Of a DNA stretch of 64,000 nucleotides, positions 11,232 through 24,200 are shown one piece after another. The DNA lies in assembly GCA_043228905.1 (NCBI GenBank), contig JBHGNT010000003.1, positions 21,390,001-21,454,000 on the forward strand, written 5' to 3'. Below the pieces are notes generated by a model that saw nothing but the letters and a program-made list of their open reading frames with translations, was not told the origin of the DNA and searched no databases. Each line of letters starts with the position of its first letter. Within the stretch, counting starts at the first letter, position 1. The DNA comes from Azolla caroliniana. Taxonomy: Eukaryota > Plantae > Polypodiophyta. The position numbers were made by a program, and so were the translations under genes.

Positions 11232-14200
11232 ATGGAAGGCGGCGGCAGCGGGCAGCCGGGGATGATGGTGCTGAATGCGCAGAATTACGCCGACTGGAAG
11301 ATCAAGATGGAGGATCTTCTGATTGTTCGGGACCTGTACGAACCGATTGACAGGTCGGAAATACCGAAGGGAGTACTTGAGTCGGAATGGAGGCTTCTGA
11401 ACCGGAAAGCCGTTGCAACCATTCGGCAATACGTAGACGTGAGCGTTCTACAACATGTGGCGAACGACATCAACGCATATGAGATGTGGCGGAAGCTGTC
11501 GGGCCTCTACGAGAGGAAGAATGCATTGAACCGGACCTCCCTGATGAGGAAGATAGTGAACCTCAAGTACCGGGACGGCGAGAGTATGGTGGAACACGTA
11601 AGCACGTTCATGGGATTCGTGAACCAGCTTGCGGCGATCAAGTTCCCGCTGGAGGATGCAATGCAAGCCATCATTCTGATGTGTACATTGCCGGAAAGCT
11701 GGGAGAACTTGGTGGTGACTCTCAGCACCTCCTGCACGGAAGATAACTTGTCCCTACAAACGGTAAAGACAAGTATTTTGAACGAAGAAGCGCGTCGGAG
11801 AGATAAAGAACCGGCCTCCGATCCGAAGATGTTGCTTACCGAATCGGATCGGGGAAGACAACGGAACCGGAGTCCGCAAAGACGGGAGAAGTCGGGGACC
11901 CGGTCGCAGTCAAGAGGAAGGCCCACATGCTTCCACTGTGGGAAGCCGGGGCACTTCCGAAAGAATTGTCGGCATTACCGAAAAGACAACGGAGCCGACG
12001 ACACCGATTCGAAGAAGTCTTCGGAACGGAACGGGGCTTACCGGGGAGCCACAGACCGGAATGGTTCGGATCGGCGAGGGCAGGACCGGAAAGGAACGAC
12101 GGCACTCGCGGCAAGTGAAGAGGAGATCATGCTCATCACCGAAGAAGGTGAACTAAACATTGCCGGCGATGAGACGACCTGGGTGGTCGATTCCGGAGCA
12201 TTGTTCCACCTGACCCCGGAGAGAAGATACTTCTCATCCTACACAGCCGGTGAGCATGGTTGTGTTCGGATGGGAAATGAAGGTACGTGTTGGATTGCCG
12301 GCATAGGAGACGTGTGGTTGACAACACCGACCGGATGCAAAATGCTGCTGAAGGAAGTCCGACACGTTCCGGAGGTTCGATTGAACCTGATTTCGGCCGG
12401 GAGGCTAGACGATGAAGGCTACACAGGCAGCATCCGGAACGGCGTAAGGAAGTTCAGCAAGGGGAGCCTGATAGTGGCTCGGGCCCGGAAAGTCAACACA
12501 CTGTACCTTATGAATGCCTGGTTGTGTCCGGAAGAGTTGAACGTGGCAGCCGACACTGCCGGTGAGCTGTGGCACAAGAGACTGTGCCACATGAGTGAGA
12601 AGGGGATGAAGAGGCTTGCAGAAGACAACCTTATTCCAGTGAAGCATGTGCACCTGGAGAAGTGCACCGATTGCCTGGCCGGTAAGCAGAACCGAACCTC
12701 CTTCCATTCAAGGCCACCGACGAGACGTAGCGCACCATTGGAGTTGGTGCACACTGATGTGTGTCAGGTAGAAACGAAGTCACATGGCGGAGCCCAGTAC
12801 TTCGTAACATTCATTGATGATCACAACCGGAAGCTGTGGACGGCACCGTTGAAGACAAAGGACCAAGTGTTGTGCGTCTTCAAAGAACTCCACGCGAGAG
12901 TGGAAAGGGAATCCGGCAAGAAGCTGAAAGCGATACGAGCGGATAACGGAGGGGAATATCGGGGGCAGTTCGCGGAGTACTGTCGCTCGAAGGGAATCCG
13001 GCTCGAGTTTACTGTGCCGAAGACGCCGGAACTGAACGGGCTGGCCGAGAGGATGAACCGGACCATAATGGAGAGGGTCCGGAGTATGCTGGCGCATGCG
13101 GAATTACCCAAGGGGTTTTGGGCTGAGGCGATGTCGACGGCGACATACGTGATAAACAGATCACCCTCGGTACCTTTGGACGGAGACACGCCGCAGAGAG
13201 TGTGGACCGGTAGGGAAGTATCCTACCGGCATCTGAAGGTGTTCGGGTGTCTCGCATACGTGCATGTGGCAAAGGACCGGAGAGGAAAGCTAGATCCAAA
13301 GACCCGGCCATGCATATTCCTCGGTTACGACGATGACGAGTTCGGCTACCGAGTATGGGACCCGGTCGACAAGAAGATATTCCGGAGTCGTGATATCATC
13401 TTCATGGAGAACAAGACACTCGCCGACTGGGAGTCGGAGAAGAAGATGAAGAGCTCCAAGTCGACCGGTGAGGATCAACTCTACGAGGAGCAGTCCCGAC
13501 CTTCAAGGGACCGGTTAGCACTCGAGGATCCGGCCGAAGACGGTGAAGAAACAGAACCGGCCGAAGAAGATGAAAATGATACCGGAACTGGCCCCGATCC
13601 CGAAATGGATTCGGATGATGAAGAATCGGAAGAACCGGTTACCGAAGCTCTGGAATGGAGATATCCTCTAAGAGAGAGAAGGCCCCCCCGGAGATTTCCG
13701 GAACCAGAGCACGTGCTGCTAACCGACGAGGGGGAGCCGGAGAGCTTTGAAGAAGCAAAGCATGACACCCAGAGCCGCAGGTGGTTGAGTGCCATGCAGG
13801 ACGAGATGGATTCCCTGCATGAGAACCACACATATGAACTTGTGGAGTTGCCGAAAGGAAAGCGGGCACTTCGAAACAAGTGGGTGTTCAAGCTGAAACC
13901 GGGAGATGCCGGAAACCCCCCGAGATACAAAGCCAGGATCGTGGTGAAGGGGTTTCAGCAGAAGAAGGGCGTCGACTTCGACGAGATATTTGCCCCGGTA
14001 GTGAAGATGACCTCCATCCGGACGGTGCTGAGCATAGCGGCAAGCATGGACCTCGAGGTAGAACAGATGGACGTGAAGACGACATTCCTTCACGGTGACC
14101 TCGAAGAAGAGATCTACATGCAGCAACCGGAAGGATTCGAGANNNNNNNNNNNNNNNNNNNNNNNNNNNNNNNNNNNNNNNNNNNNNNNNNNNNNNNNNN

Positions 14201-15251
14201 NNNNNNNNNNNNNNNNNNNNNNNNNNNNNNNNNNNNNNNNNNATTCAAGCTGAAACCGGGAGATGCCGGAAACCCCCCGAGATACAAAGCCAGGATCGTG
14301 GTGAAGGGGTTTCAGCAGAAGAAGGGCGTCGACTTCGACGAGATATTTGCCCCGGTAGTGAAGATGACCTCCATCCGGACGGTGCTGAGCATAGCGGCAA
14401 GCATGGACCTCGAGGTAGAACAGATGGACGTGAAGACGACATTCCTTCACGGTGACCTCGAAGAAGAGATCTACATGCAGCAACCGGAAGGATTCGAGAA
14501 GAAAGGGAAGGAGCACCTGGTATGCCGGTTGAAGAAGAGCCTTTACGGACTGAAGCAGGCTCCCCGGCAATGGTACCGGAAGTTTGACTCCTTCATGACC
14601 GACGAAGGGTACCTCAAAACGCAGTCCGACCACTGCGTGTTTGTGAAGAAGTTCGAAGGAGGAGACTTTCTAATACTCCTCCTGTACGTGGACGACATTT
14701 TGATCGTCGGACGGGACCAGGTCAAGATACGGATGCTGAAGAAGGCTCTTCACCGAACCTTCTCAATGAAGGACTTGGGTCCGGCGAGACAAATACTAGG
14801 GATGCACATCATCCGGGACCGGAGCAAGAAGCAGTTGTGGCTGTCACAGGAGAAGTACGCGACAAAGGTGCTTAAACGGTTCAACATGTCGGAAGCAAGG
14901 CCGGAAAGCTGTCCAGCAAGCAAAGCCCCAAGACAAAGGCTGAGAAGGAGGAAATACGTCGGAAGCTTGATGTACGCAATGGTGTGTACAAGACCGGACA
15001 TTGGATACGCAGTCGGAGTGGTGAGCCGGTACATGAGCAATCCCGGCAAAGAGCATTGGAACGCGGCCAAGTGGATACTCCGATACCTGAAGGGCACGGC
15101 AAACGTGTGTCTCCGATTCGGCTCCGGTAAGCCCGAACTCGACGGCTTCACCGATTCGGATATGTCGGCTGATGCAGATACCAGCCGGTCCACATCAGGG
15201 TATGTGATGACGTATGCAGGGGAGCGGTTTCATGGCAGTCGAGGCTGCAGA
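11232..15251 (+). CDS. copia B gag-PR-INT-RT-RH polyprotein, interrupted in RH by element C and with small deletions near 14900-14960
   Basis: CFHCGKPGHFRKNC, WVVDSGA, LWHKRLCH, LVHTDVC, RADNGGEY, YKARIVVKG, LYVDD. True start is MEGGGSG at 11232. Confidence 0.93.
14143..14242. other. assembly gap (100 N) with a duplicated flank
   Basis: 13887-14142 is repeated at 14244-14499. Confidence 0.95.
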
Positions 15252-15892
15252 TGTCGTAATTCCGTGCTCGGCCACCACCGAGGAACAGGATCGATTCACA
15301 GAGAACGGGAAGTACAAGAATGCACGAAGACAATAGAGAGAAGAGTACACAGGGTGTTTTACGTGGAAAACCCTAAATGGAAAAACCACGGGAGTGCAAG
15401 ACTCCAACTGTCACTATGCGCGGGAATGTACAATGGCGAGCTGCAAGGCGACGACCTTGAGCTCGCTGTCCTCGCCACAGGCGGCGGTATTACACAGAGG
15501 CGTCGACCTCTTCCTTCCTCTTCGTTCTCTCACTCTCTCTCGGCTGCTCTCACTTCGCTCCCTCTTAGTGGAAAACAGAAAAATGAGCAACAACATAAAA
15601 CTGTTTGCCCTAAGTCATATTTATACACATATGACTTTCGGGCTATTTACAAATATAGCCTCAAGGGCCCTTGGCAAACATATTCACAGATATGTCCCCG
15701 CATCCGGATCTCTCTCCGGGTACATACGTCATCCGGCTCCGTAACCGGGGTCTTCAGCATCCAGCTCCGTAACCGGGTACTCTTCATCCGGCTTCATGCC
15801 GGGTACTCTTCATCATACGGTTCCGTAACAGCCTCCGGGCTTGCCGTCATTCATCTCCGGACATCCCATCCGGAGGGACCGAAATCCCAACA
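15252..15892 (-). repeat. copia C 3' LTR (641 bp)
   Basis: Near-identical to 18409-19050. Confidence 0.94.
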
Positions 15893-16130
15893 AACTCCCC
15901 TTCACTTCGGCATGGGATGTCTCTCCAACCCGATCCTCTTCCGGCATGCTTCCAGCTTGTCGGGTGTGAGCACCTTGGTCAGCATATCCGACCCGTTCTC
16001 GTCCGTGTGGATCTTCGTCAGCACGAACTCCTTGTCTTCTATTCTTTCCCGGATCCAGTGGTATCTACGCTGGATGTGTTTTCGTCCGGAATGGTAGGCC
16101 GCGTTCTTCGCAAGGTGGATGGCACTCAGA

Positions 16131-18377
16131 CTATCGCAGTAGAGTCGACTTTGAGCTCTTCATCTTCTTCTCCGACTCCCAGTCGGCGAGTGTCTTGTCC
16201 TCCATGAAGATGATGTCTCGACTCCTGAATATCTTCTTGTCCACCGGGTCCCATACTCGGTAGCCGAACTCGTCGTCGCCGTAACCGAGGAATATGCATG
16301 GCCGGGTCTTTGGATCTAGCTTTCCTCTCCGGTCCTTTGCCACATGCACGTATGCGAGACACCCGAACACCTTCAGATGCCGGTAGGACACTTCCTTACC
16401 GGTCCACACTTTCTGCGGCGTGTCTCCGTCCAAAGGTACTGAGGGTGATCTGTTTATCACGTATGTCGCCGTCGACATTGCCTCAGCCCAAAACCCCTTG
16501 GGTAATTTCGCATGCGCCAACATACTCCGGACCCTCTCCATTATGGTCCGGTTCATCCTCTCGGCCAGCCCGTTCAGTTCCGGCGTCTTCGGCACAGTAA
16601 ACTCGAGCCTGATTCCCTTCGAGCGACAGTACTCCTGGAACTGCCCCCGGTATTCCCCTCCGTTATCTGCTCGTATCGCTTTCAGCTTCTTGCCGGATTC
16701 TCTTTCCACTCTCGCGTGGAGTTCTTTGAAGACGGACAACACTTGGTCCTTTGTCTTCAACGGCGCCGTCCACAGCTTCCGGCTGTGATCATCAATGAAA
16801 GTCACGAAGTACTGGGCTCCGCCATGTGACTTCGTTTCTACCTGACACACATCAGTGTGCACCAACTCCAATGGTGCGCAACGTCTCGTCGGTGGCCTTG
16901 AGTGGAAGGAGGTTCGGTTCTGCTTACCGGCCAGGCAATCGGTGCACTTCTCCAGATGCACATGCTTCACTGGAATGAGGTTGTCTTCTGCAAGCCTCTT
17001 CATCCCCTTCTCGCTCATGTGGCACAGTCTCTTGTGCCACAGCTCACCGGCAGTGTCGGCTGCCACGTTCAGCTCCTCCGGACATAGCCGGGAATTCATC
17101 AGGTACAGGGTGTTGACCTTCCGGGCCCGAGCCACTATCAGGCTCCCCTTGCTGAACTTCATGAAACCGTTCCGGATGCTACCCGTGTAGCCTTCATCAT
17201 CTAGCCTCCCGGCCGAGATCAGGTTCAATCGGACCTCCGGAACGTGTCGCACATCCTTCAACAGCATCTTGCATCCGGTTGATGTCAACAGCCACACGTC
17301 TCCTATGCCGGCAATCCGGCATGTGCCTTCATTTCCCATCCGGACACAGCCGTGCTCACCGGCTGTGTAGGATGAGAAGTATTTCTTCTCCGGGGTCAGG
17401 TGGAACGACGCTCCGGAATCGACCACCCAGGTCATCTCTACACCGGCAAGGTTCAGCTCCCTCTCTTCGGTAATAAGCATTATCTCTTCTTCACTTGCCG
17501 CGAGTGCCGTCGTTCCTTTCCGGTCCTGCCCTCGCCGATCCGGACCTCTCCGGTCCGTAGCTCCCCGGTATGCACCGTTTCTCTCCGGTGACTTCTTCGA
17601 ATCGGTGTCGTCGGCTCCGTTGTCCTTTCGGTAATGCCGACAATTCTTCCGGAAGTGCCCCGGCTTCCCACAGTGGAAGCATGTTGGCCTTCCTCTTGAT
17701 TGCGACCGGGTCCCCGACTTCTCCCGTCTTTGCGGACTCCGGTTCCATTGTCTTCCCCGATCCGATTCGGTAAGCAGCATCTTCTGATCAGAAATCGGTT
17801 CTTTATCTCTCCGACGCGCTTCTTCGTTCAAAATACTTGTCTTTACCGTTTGTAGGGACAAGTTATCTTCGGTGCAGGAGGTGCTGAGAGTCACCACCAA
17901 GTTCTCCCAGCTGTCCGGCAATGTACACATCAGGATGATGGCTTGCATTGCATCCTCCAACGGGAACTTGATCGCCGCAAGCTGGTTCACGAATCCCATG
18001 AACGTGCTTACGTGTTCCACCATACTCTCGCCGTCCCGGTACTTGAGGTTCACTATCTTTCTCATCAGGGAGGTCCGGTTCAACGCATTCTTCCTCTCGT
18101 AGAGGCCCGACAGCTTCCGCCACATCTCATATGCGTTGGTGTCGTTCGCCACGTGTTGTAGAACGCTCACGTCGACGTATTGCCGAATGGTTGCAACGGC
18201 TTTCCGGTTCAGAAGCCTCCACTCCGTCTCAAGTACCCCCTTGGGTATTTCCGACCTGTCGATCGGTTCATACAGATCCCGAACAATGAGCAGATCCTCC
18301 ATCTTTATCTTCCAGTCGGCGTAGTTCTGCGCATTCAGCACCATCATCCCCGGCTGCCCGCTGCTGCCGCCTTCCAT
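16131..18377 (-). CDS. copia C gag-protease-integrase (748 aa), truncated by deletion
   Basis: Uninterrupted ORF nearly identical to the first ~740 aa of B. It joins RH sequence at about 16145. Confidence 0.92.
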   Translation of the reverse strand: MEGGSSGQPGMMVLNAQNYADWKIKMEDLLIVRDLYEPIDRSEIPKGVLETEWRLLNRKAVATIRQYVDVSVLQHVANDTNAYEMWRKLSGLYERKNALNRTSLMRKIVNLKYRDGESMVEHVSTFMGFVNQLAAIKFPLEDAMQAIILMCTLPDSWENLVVTLSTSCTEDNLSLQTVKTSILNEEARRRDKEPISDQKMLLTESDRGRQWNRSPQRREKSGTRSQSRGRPTCFHCGKPGHFRKNCRHYRKDNGADDTDSKKSPERNGAYRGATDRRGPDRRGQDRKGTTALAASEEEIMLITEERELNLAGVEMTWVVDSGASFHLTPEKKYFSSYTAGEHGCVRMGNEGTCRIAGIGDVWLLTSTGCKMLLKDVRHVPEVRLNLISAGRLDDEGYTGSIRNGFMKFSKGSLIVARARKVNTLYLMNSRLCPEELNVAADTAGELWHKRLCHMSEKGMKRLAEDNLIPVKHVHLEKCTDCLAGKQNRTSFHSRPPTRRCAPLELVHTDVCQVETKSHGGAQYFVTFIDDHSRKLWTAPLKTKDQVLSVFKELHARVERESGKKLKAIRADNGGEYRGQFQEYCRSKGIRLEFTVPKTPELNGLAERMNRTIMERVRSMLAHAKLPKGFWAEAMSTATYVINRSPSVPLDGDTPQKVWTGKEVSYRHLKVFGCLAYVHVAKDRRGKLDPKTRPCIFLGYGDDEFGYRVWDPVDKKIFRSRDIIFMEDKTLADWESEKKMKSSKSTLLR

Positions 18378-18408
18378 TTTCTGTGTTACCGTCGCTCTGA
18401 TACCAATT

Positions 18409-19050
18409 TGTCGTAATTCCGTGCTCGGCCACCACCGAGGAACAGGATCGATTCACAGAGAACGGGAAGTACAAGAATGCACGAAGACAATAGAGAGAAG
18501 AGTACACAGGGTGTTTTACGTGGAAAACCCTAAATGGGAAAAACCACGGGAGTGCAAGACTCCAACTGTCACTATGCGCGGGAATGTACAATGGCGAGCT
18601 GCAAGGCGACGACCTTGAGCTCGCTGTCCTCGCCACAGGCGGCGGTATTACACAGAGGCGTCGACCTCTTCCTTCCTCTTCGTTCTCTCACTCTCTCTCG
18701 GCTGCTCTCACTTCGCTCCCTCTTAGTGGAAAACAGAAAAATAAGCAACAACATAAAACTGTTTGCCCTAAGTCATATTTATACACATATGACTTTCGGG
18801 CTATTTACAAATATAGCCTCAAGGGCCCTTGGCAAACATATTCACAGATATGTCCCCGCATCCGGATCTCTCTCCGGGTACATACGTCATCCGGCTCCGT
18901 AACCGGGGTCTTCAGCATCCGGCTCCGTAACCGGGTACTCTTCATCCGGCTTCATGCCGGGTACTCTTCATCATACGGTTCCGTAACAGCCTCCGGGCTT
19001 GCCGTCATTCATCTCCGGACATCCCATCCGGAGGGACCGAAATCCCAACA
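18409..19050 (-). repeat. copia C 5' LTR (642 bp)
   Basis: TG...CA ends, next to the PBS. Confidence 0.94.
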
Positions 19051-19055
19051 GCAGA

Positions 19056-19417
19056 AGACGGTTGCGTTGTCAACCACGGAGGCTGAGTACATGGCGGCTG
19101 TTGAAGCCGGCAAGGAAATAATATGGATGAAGGACTTCATTAGAGAGCTCGGTATCCGACAGGAGGAGTACCGACTCTACTGCGACAGTCAGAGTGCAAT
19201 CCACCTTGCGAAGAACGCGGCCTATCACTCCCGGACGAAGCACATCCAGCGAAGATATCACTGGATCCGGGAAAGGATAGAAGACAAGGAGTTCGTGCTG
19301 ACGAAGGTCCACACGGACGAGAACGGGTCGGATATGCTGACCAAGGTGCTCACACCCGACAAGCTGGAAGCAGGCCGGAAGAGGATCGGATTGGAGAGAC
19401 ATCCCATGCCGAAGTGA
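19056..19417 (+). pseudogene. copia B RNase H C-terminal part
   Basis: VALSTTEAEY...CDSQSAIHLAKN...SDMLTK. Confidence 0.93.
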
Positions 19418-19427
19418 AGGGGGAGTT

Positions 19428-20032
19428 TGTTGGGATTACGGTCCCTTCGGATGGGATGGTCGGATGTCGGAGATGAATGCCGACAAGCCCGGTTGCGGTT
19501 TCGGAACCGGATGATGAAGACCCCGGCTTCGGAGCCGGATGACGAATGTATCCGGAGAGAGATCCGGATGCGGGGACATATCTGTGAATATGTTTGCCAA
19601 GGGCCCTTGAGGCTATAGTTGTAAATAGCCCCAAAGTCATATGTGTATAAATATGACTTAGGGCAAACAGTTTTAATGTTGCTACTCATTTTTCTGTTTT
19701 TCCACTCAAGAGGAGTGAAGAGAGAGCAGCCGTGAGAGAGATAGAGCGTGAGAGAGGAAGAGGTCGACGCCTCTGTGTATTTCCGCCGCCTGTGGCGAGG
19801 ACAGCGAGCTCAAGGTCGTCGCCTTGCAGCTCGCCATTGTATACTTCTCTGTGCATAGTTTTGGTTCGGAGTCTTGTACTCCCGTGGTTTTTCCCGTACA
19901 GGGTTTTCCACGTTAAATCGTGTGTCCACTTATTTACTTCTGCATTTCCCATTTTCTGCAACAACGATTCGTGTGTTTCCTTGGTTGTGGCCGAGAGGTG
20001 AAGTTTGGAAAGTGTCCATTGATTTTCCATCA
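19428..20032 (+). repeat. copia B 3' LTR
   Basis: Only one substitution noticed against the 5' LTR. Confidence 0.95.
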
Positions 20033-20037
20033 ATAAT

Positions 20038-20755
20038 TTAGGAGCTCACTACACACTACGTAGTCGAACATAAGAAAAGTACACCGTACTATCCTCAGGC
20101 AAACGGATTGGCGGAATCTACTCATAAAATTTTGCAAACAATCTTGAAAAAGATCGTCAATGAGAACCACACCGATTGGGATGACAAGCTCCAGAGTGTA
20201 TTATGGGCGTATCGCACCACATGTAAAACTAGCATTCAATCTACACCCTTTCGGATGGCATTTGGTTTGGAAGCAGTCATGTCGATCGAGTTCCAAGTTC
20301 CGAGTCTCCGAGTTCAGGTTAAGGAAAGGCTGCCCGAGGCCCAATTAGAGCAATATCAGCTCGAACAACTCCTCGAACTCGGCGAACATCGAGTGGCCAG
20401 CATGGCTCAACTGGAACAATGCCAACGACAACGCAAAGCCTTCGTCGATCGTCACCAAAAAGGTACGGAGAAAGCACTTACCATTGGCAAACCGGTACTT
20501 ATCTTCCAAACACGACTCGGTGCCATGCTGGGGAAATTATGATTCTGATGGATAGGCCCCTTCTGGATAATTGACGAGTTTAACGACACATTCCAACTCG
20601 GCACACTTGCTGGAGACATCGTCAAAAGCTGGGTAAATGGATTCCGACTTCGACCTTACCAAGGAAAAACCCCAAATAATCCCTTCGTCGAGTCTCACAG
20701 CACAGACCAGTTCACGGACGACGCCACGAAGGAGGCCATGTGCCCCCATTGGTAA
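20038..20755 (+). pseudogene. G1 integrase C-terminal part
   Basis: STPYYPQANGLAES, LWAYRT, GPFWI, VNGFRLRPY. Confidence 0.9.
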
Positions 20756-21267
20756 AATAATGACCTACCCACCAAAATTATATATTAGGAATAGTTTTAG
20801 CATTTAAATTAGCCTTACCTAAACTACCTAACAAATCACCCCAAATCACGACATTTTCTTAGGAGCACAACCTAGTCACCTTCGCATTAAAGTAGAGTAT
20901 TTAAGGAACATGCACATCTCACAAGGCAAAGCACTCCTGTGATGCGTGGCCATAATATTTTATTATGGCAGCCACAACCAAGAACCTAAAGGATCTTCTC
21001 CTTGCACAAAACCCTAGGCGGTCACATAAAAGACGCTACCCCACACACAACGCGCCCATTCACACAGAAGCTTTGTTGCCTTCACAACCTTCAAGCTCCC
21101 AAGCTCTCTCTCGTTCTCATCGCTCCCGCAAATAGGCCTTCTCTCGTCCTCGTAGCCCCTTCAGAGAACAACGATTGCCTCCCCAACAATCTTCTTCCAT
21201 CTCTCTGTCTCGCCCTCATCTCATCGCTTCCCCCCACTCTCCTTGTCAACAAACCTTCGAGTCCACC

Positions 21268-24200
21268 ATGCGTCTCTCAACATCGCAGGAAACCCGTTCT
21301 TGGCTACAACAACAAGGATTGGGCGGCTACTTATGGGTTATCGACACCCGAACGCACCCGGACGCCCAAGCAATAGCACGCAGAATCCATCTTGACACAG
21401 TAACCAACAACATGATTCGCGCTGCTCTTGACCTTACGCGAGGCGGAGAACATAAAGTCGAGATTCCTCCTCACACGACCCTCAAGGAATACTTTGGGAT
21501 GTATTCGATGTCGGGAAAAGCTTACCACACTTACGGAGGACCAAACAAGTCTTTTGGGGAGATCGCCCGAATTTTGATGGAATACGCCTTTGTGCATACA
21601 AATCCCATGAGTATGCCATAGAATAAGGCTGCCACAATCATCAGAGAGTATGAAGGCAACAAAGTCGATTGGGGAATCATCACCGACGAAGGAGTCCATG
21701 CAGCACTAGAGTCTTTTCAATCTGGTAAGCGATTGCAACCTGTGATGACCCATTACCTCACAGTCCTCTACCCACCTCCTTCGTTCTCCCCTCGTCGCAT
21801 CCTCACCTCTCCGCCACCACCATGGAAATAGCAGGAGCAGATTTTGGAGTTAACCCAGGAAGAATGGGAAGACCCGTCGCCCTCTCCACCTCCCTCGGCC
21901 GCTCGGAACCCTACTCCCACCTCGGCACCACCCCCACCAAAAACACAGAAGCAACGGGCGTTACGAGTGACCCGTGTCGAATGGGACGAGGCCGAGGAGC
22001 CCATCACTGAGGATGTCACCATATGACAGAAAACACAAAGGACATCGATGCCCTCTCCACAACCGAGCCCATGCCCCACAAACCAGCAGCCCTCGGGCAT
22101 ACGGCAACAAAAGAGGAAACAGGATGAGGAGCCAACACCACAAGCCCCAGACTTATAGGATCAGCCGAAAACGAGACGACACATCAATCGTGAGTCGACC
22201 ACAGAAACCGAGGGGACCCAGCATCAGAAATCAAAGGAGGCCAGCCCGACCTCCACGACCATGGTACCCGTAGAGTCATGGCTCCACACATGCAGGATCA
22301 AGCATGGACAAACCACGTAGATATCGGAGGAGAAAGTCCTCGGTTACAAAGACCTCCCCACGAAGACATACGAGATCAGTGCACTACTTCGGCTGGGCAC
22401 AACATATGAGTTGATGGATTTCCTCGCGTGCGCCCAAGTAGTTGCTACTCGTACGACCGAGGAGCACGCGGAAACAAAAATGATCCAACGCACAGTAATG
22501 GGAGAAATCGAACCTCAAGAGGATCGAGCCTTACAGAAGATAGGTCGGAAGAAGCAAGCACAGAATGCTTCCCTCCTCATGGAGCTACTAGATCTGAACA
22601 TGGCCTTAGTCGAGGCATATCAAAATCTACACCACACAACTCAGGAAGCCAAGGACATGGCCCGACGTATCAAAATGACACAACAACAAGCCAAATGGGC
22701 CACTAACCTATGGCAAGCCGCCGAGCAGAAACTGGCGTCATTGGACTAGCACATCGAGAACAACCGCCCTTAAGCCTCCATGCACCGAGTAACGATGTCT
22801 CACCAGCCCCTCTTCCGAACCCGAGCCTAAGTGCTACTATTACCGAAGCACACAACGACGACACAACTCACCCCAGGGTAGCCACGGTCGATGCAAGCAC
22901 AATGACGGATTCGGTACAGACGAGTGAGACATCGTCACTGGTAGATAAAAGCCTGCACCCCCAAACCAACCATGCTTCAATGCAAATGCCACGACCGCCT
23001 ATCATCATGGAGAGAATCACACAGACGGACAGGGAACCCAATCCCTGGAACCAGCAAGCTGCAACCCAGACTGGGCTTCCCCTCCGTGACTACCAGGACG
23101 AGCTCAAGGCTCATATCGAACAAAACCACAACAACACTAATGGCCAACTACAAGAACAAGCTGCGGGCCGCGAAGCTGACCTCCAGCGACGGCTTGCCGA
23201 AAGCTCGGTCGCGCTCAAAGCACAAGAAAGAGAGGTGATGAACCTTCAGATCGCTATCATTGAGGCCAAAGAACGATTTATCAAGGAAGAAGATAGGAAT
23301 AGCCAATGGGAACGCGAGCTATTCGCAGACAACCAAGAATTACGGCGTCAACAAAAGGAATTACAAGAACTAGCTAACGAACACATGCAAAAGTGGCGGA
23401 TCTCTGAAGACCAAAGGGCACAAATTTTCGATGCTTATCACCAATTGCAAACAGAGGACATCGCCGCCAGGGAACGACAATGGGACACTTGGAGACAGGA
23501 AATGGACGAAACTGTAGCACAACTCACCAAACAGTACGAGCAGACAATTGCGCTCATAACTGCAAAAGCAAAGGATAACCAAGCTACTCTGGAGCTCCTC
23601 GTCCGCAAATGCCAAGAAGACGCCAAGGTTGCAAGGGAGGAAGTGGAAGTTCACCGAGCTAGCATTGGCATGGACGATACTAAAATAAAGATCCTGATCA
23701 ACAAATATCGCCAACAACTCACCAAGAAGATCGAGGAAACGCTCGACCATGTATGGTAGGAATGGTCAGTCCAAGCTACTGAACTACACATATTACGCAC
23801 GGACGCCGAGAACTGAAGGAAGGAGGGCCGAGGGTTCTACAAGATGGATGACACCAACATCCAAACCCTCCGTGAAGACTTGACTGAGGAATATCATACC
23901 TTAGCAGAATCCCACACTGCGGAAATCGAGCAACTTCTAGAGGAATTCAACGACAATCAAATGATGTTCCGTTTAGAAGCCAAAGCTTACGAGGAGGAAT
24001 GCCTAGCTACCATGACTAACAGAGCTCCCACGACCGATGACCACGAACCAAAGCCAACAACAACAACCACCACGAAAGCCAGACAGGAAGGACCCGCCCC
24101 TACAAACACCCACATCACAACCAAGCAACAAACTATGACCACAACCCTGCCTAAATAGGAACCAACAGAAGGCGGCACACGCGAAGACACAGCCATCACG

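Larger units (their letters stand above)
15252..19050 (-). mobile_element. Ty1/copia element C, B-like, internally deleted (no RT), inserted antisense into B
   Basis: TSD GCAGA at 15247-15251 and 19051-19055. LTRs at 15252-15892 and 18409-19050. PBS-Met at 18394-18405. PPT complement after 15892. Confidence 0.95.
10597..20032 (+). mobile_element. Ty1/copia element B (Tnt1/Tork-like), very young, contains element C
   Basis: TSD ATAAT at 10592-10596 and 20033-20037. Two 605-bp LTRs, nearly identical. PBS-Met at 11205-11216. PPT AAGGGGGAG before 19428. Confidence 0.96.

Noticed and set aside
13887-14499. Apparent tandem duplication within the RT of copia B
   Set aside because: Identical 256-bp flanks on both sides of a 100-N gap indicate an unmerged contig overlap.
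11043-16097. 1684-aa ORF as a novel fusion protein
   Set aside because: It runs from LTR sequence through the gap and into the antisense LTR of element C, so it is a product of nesting and small deletions.
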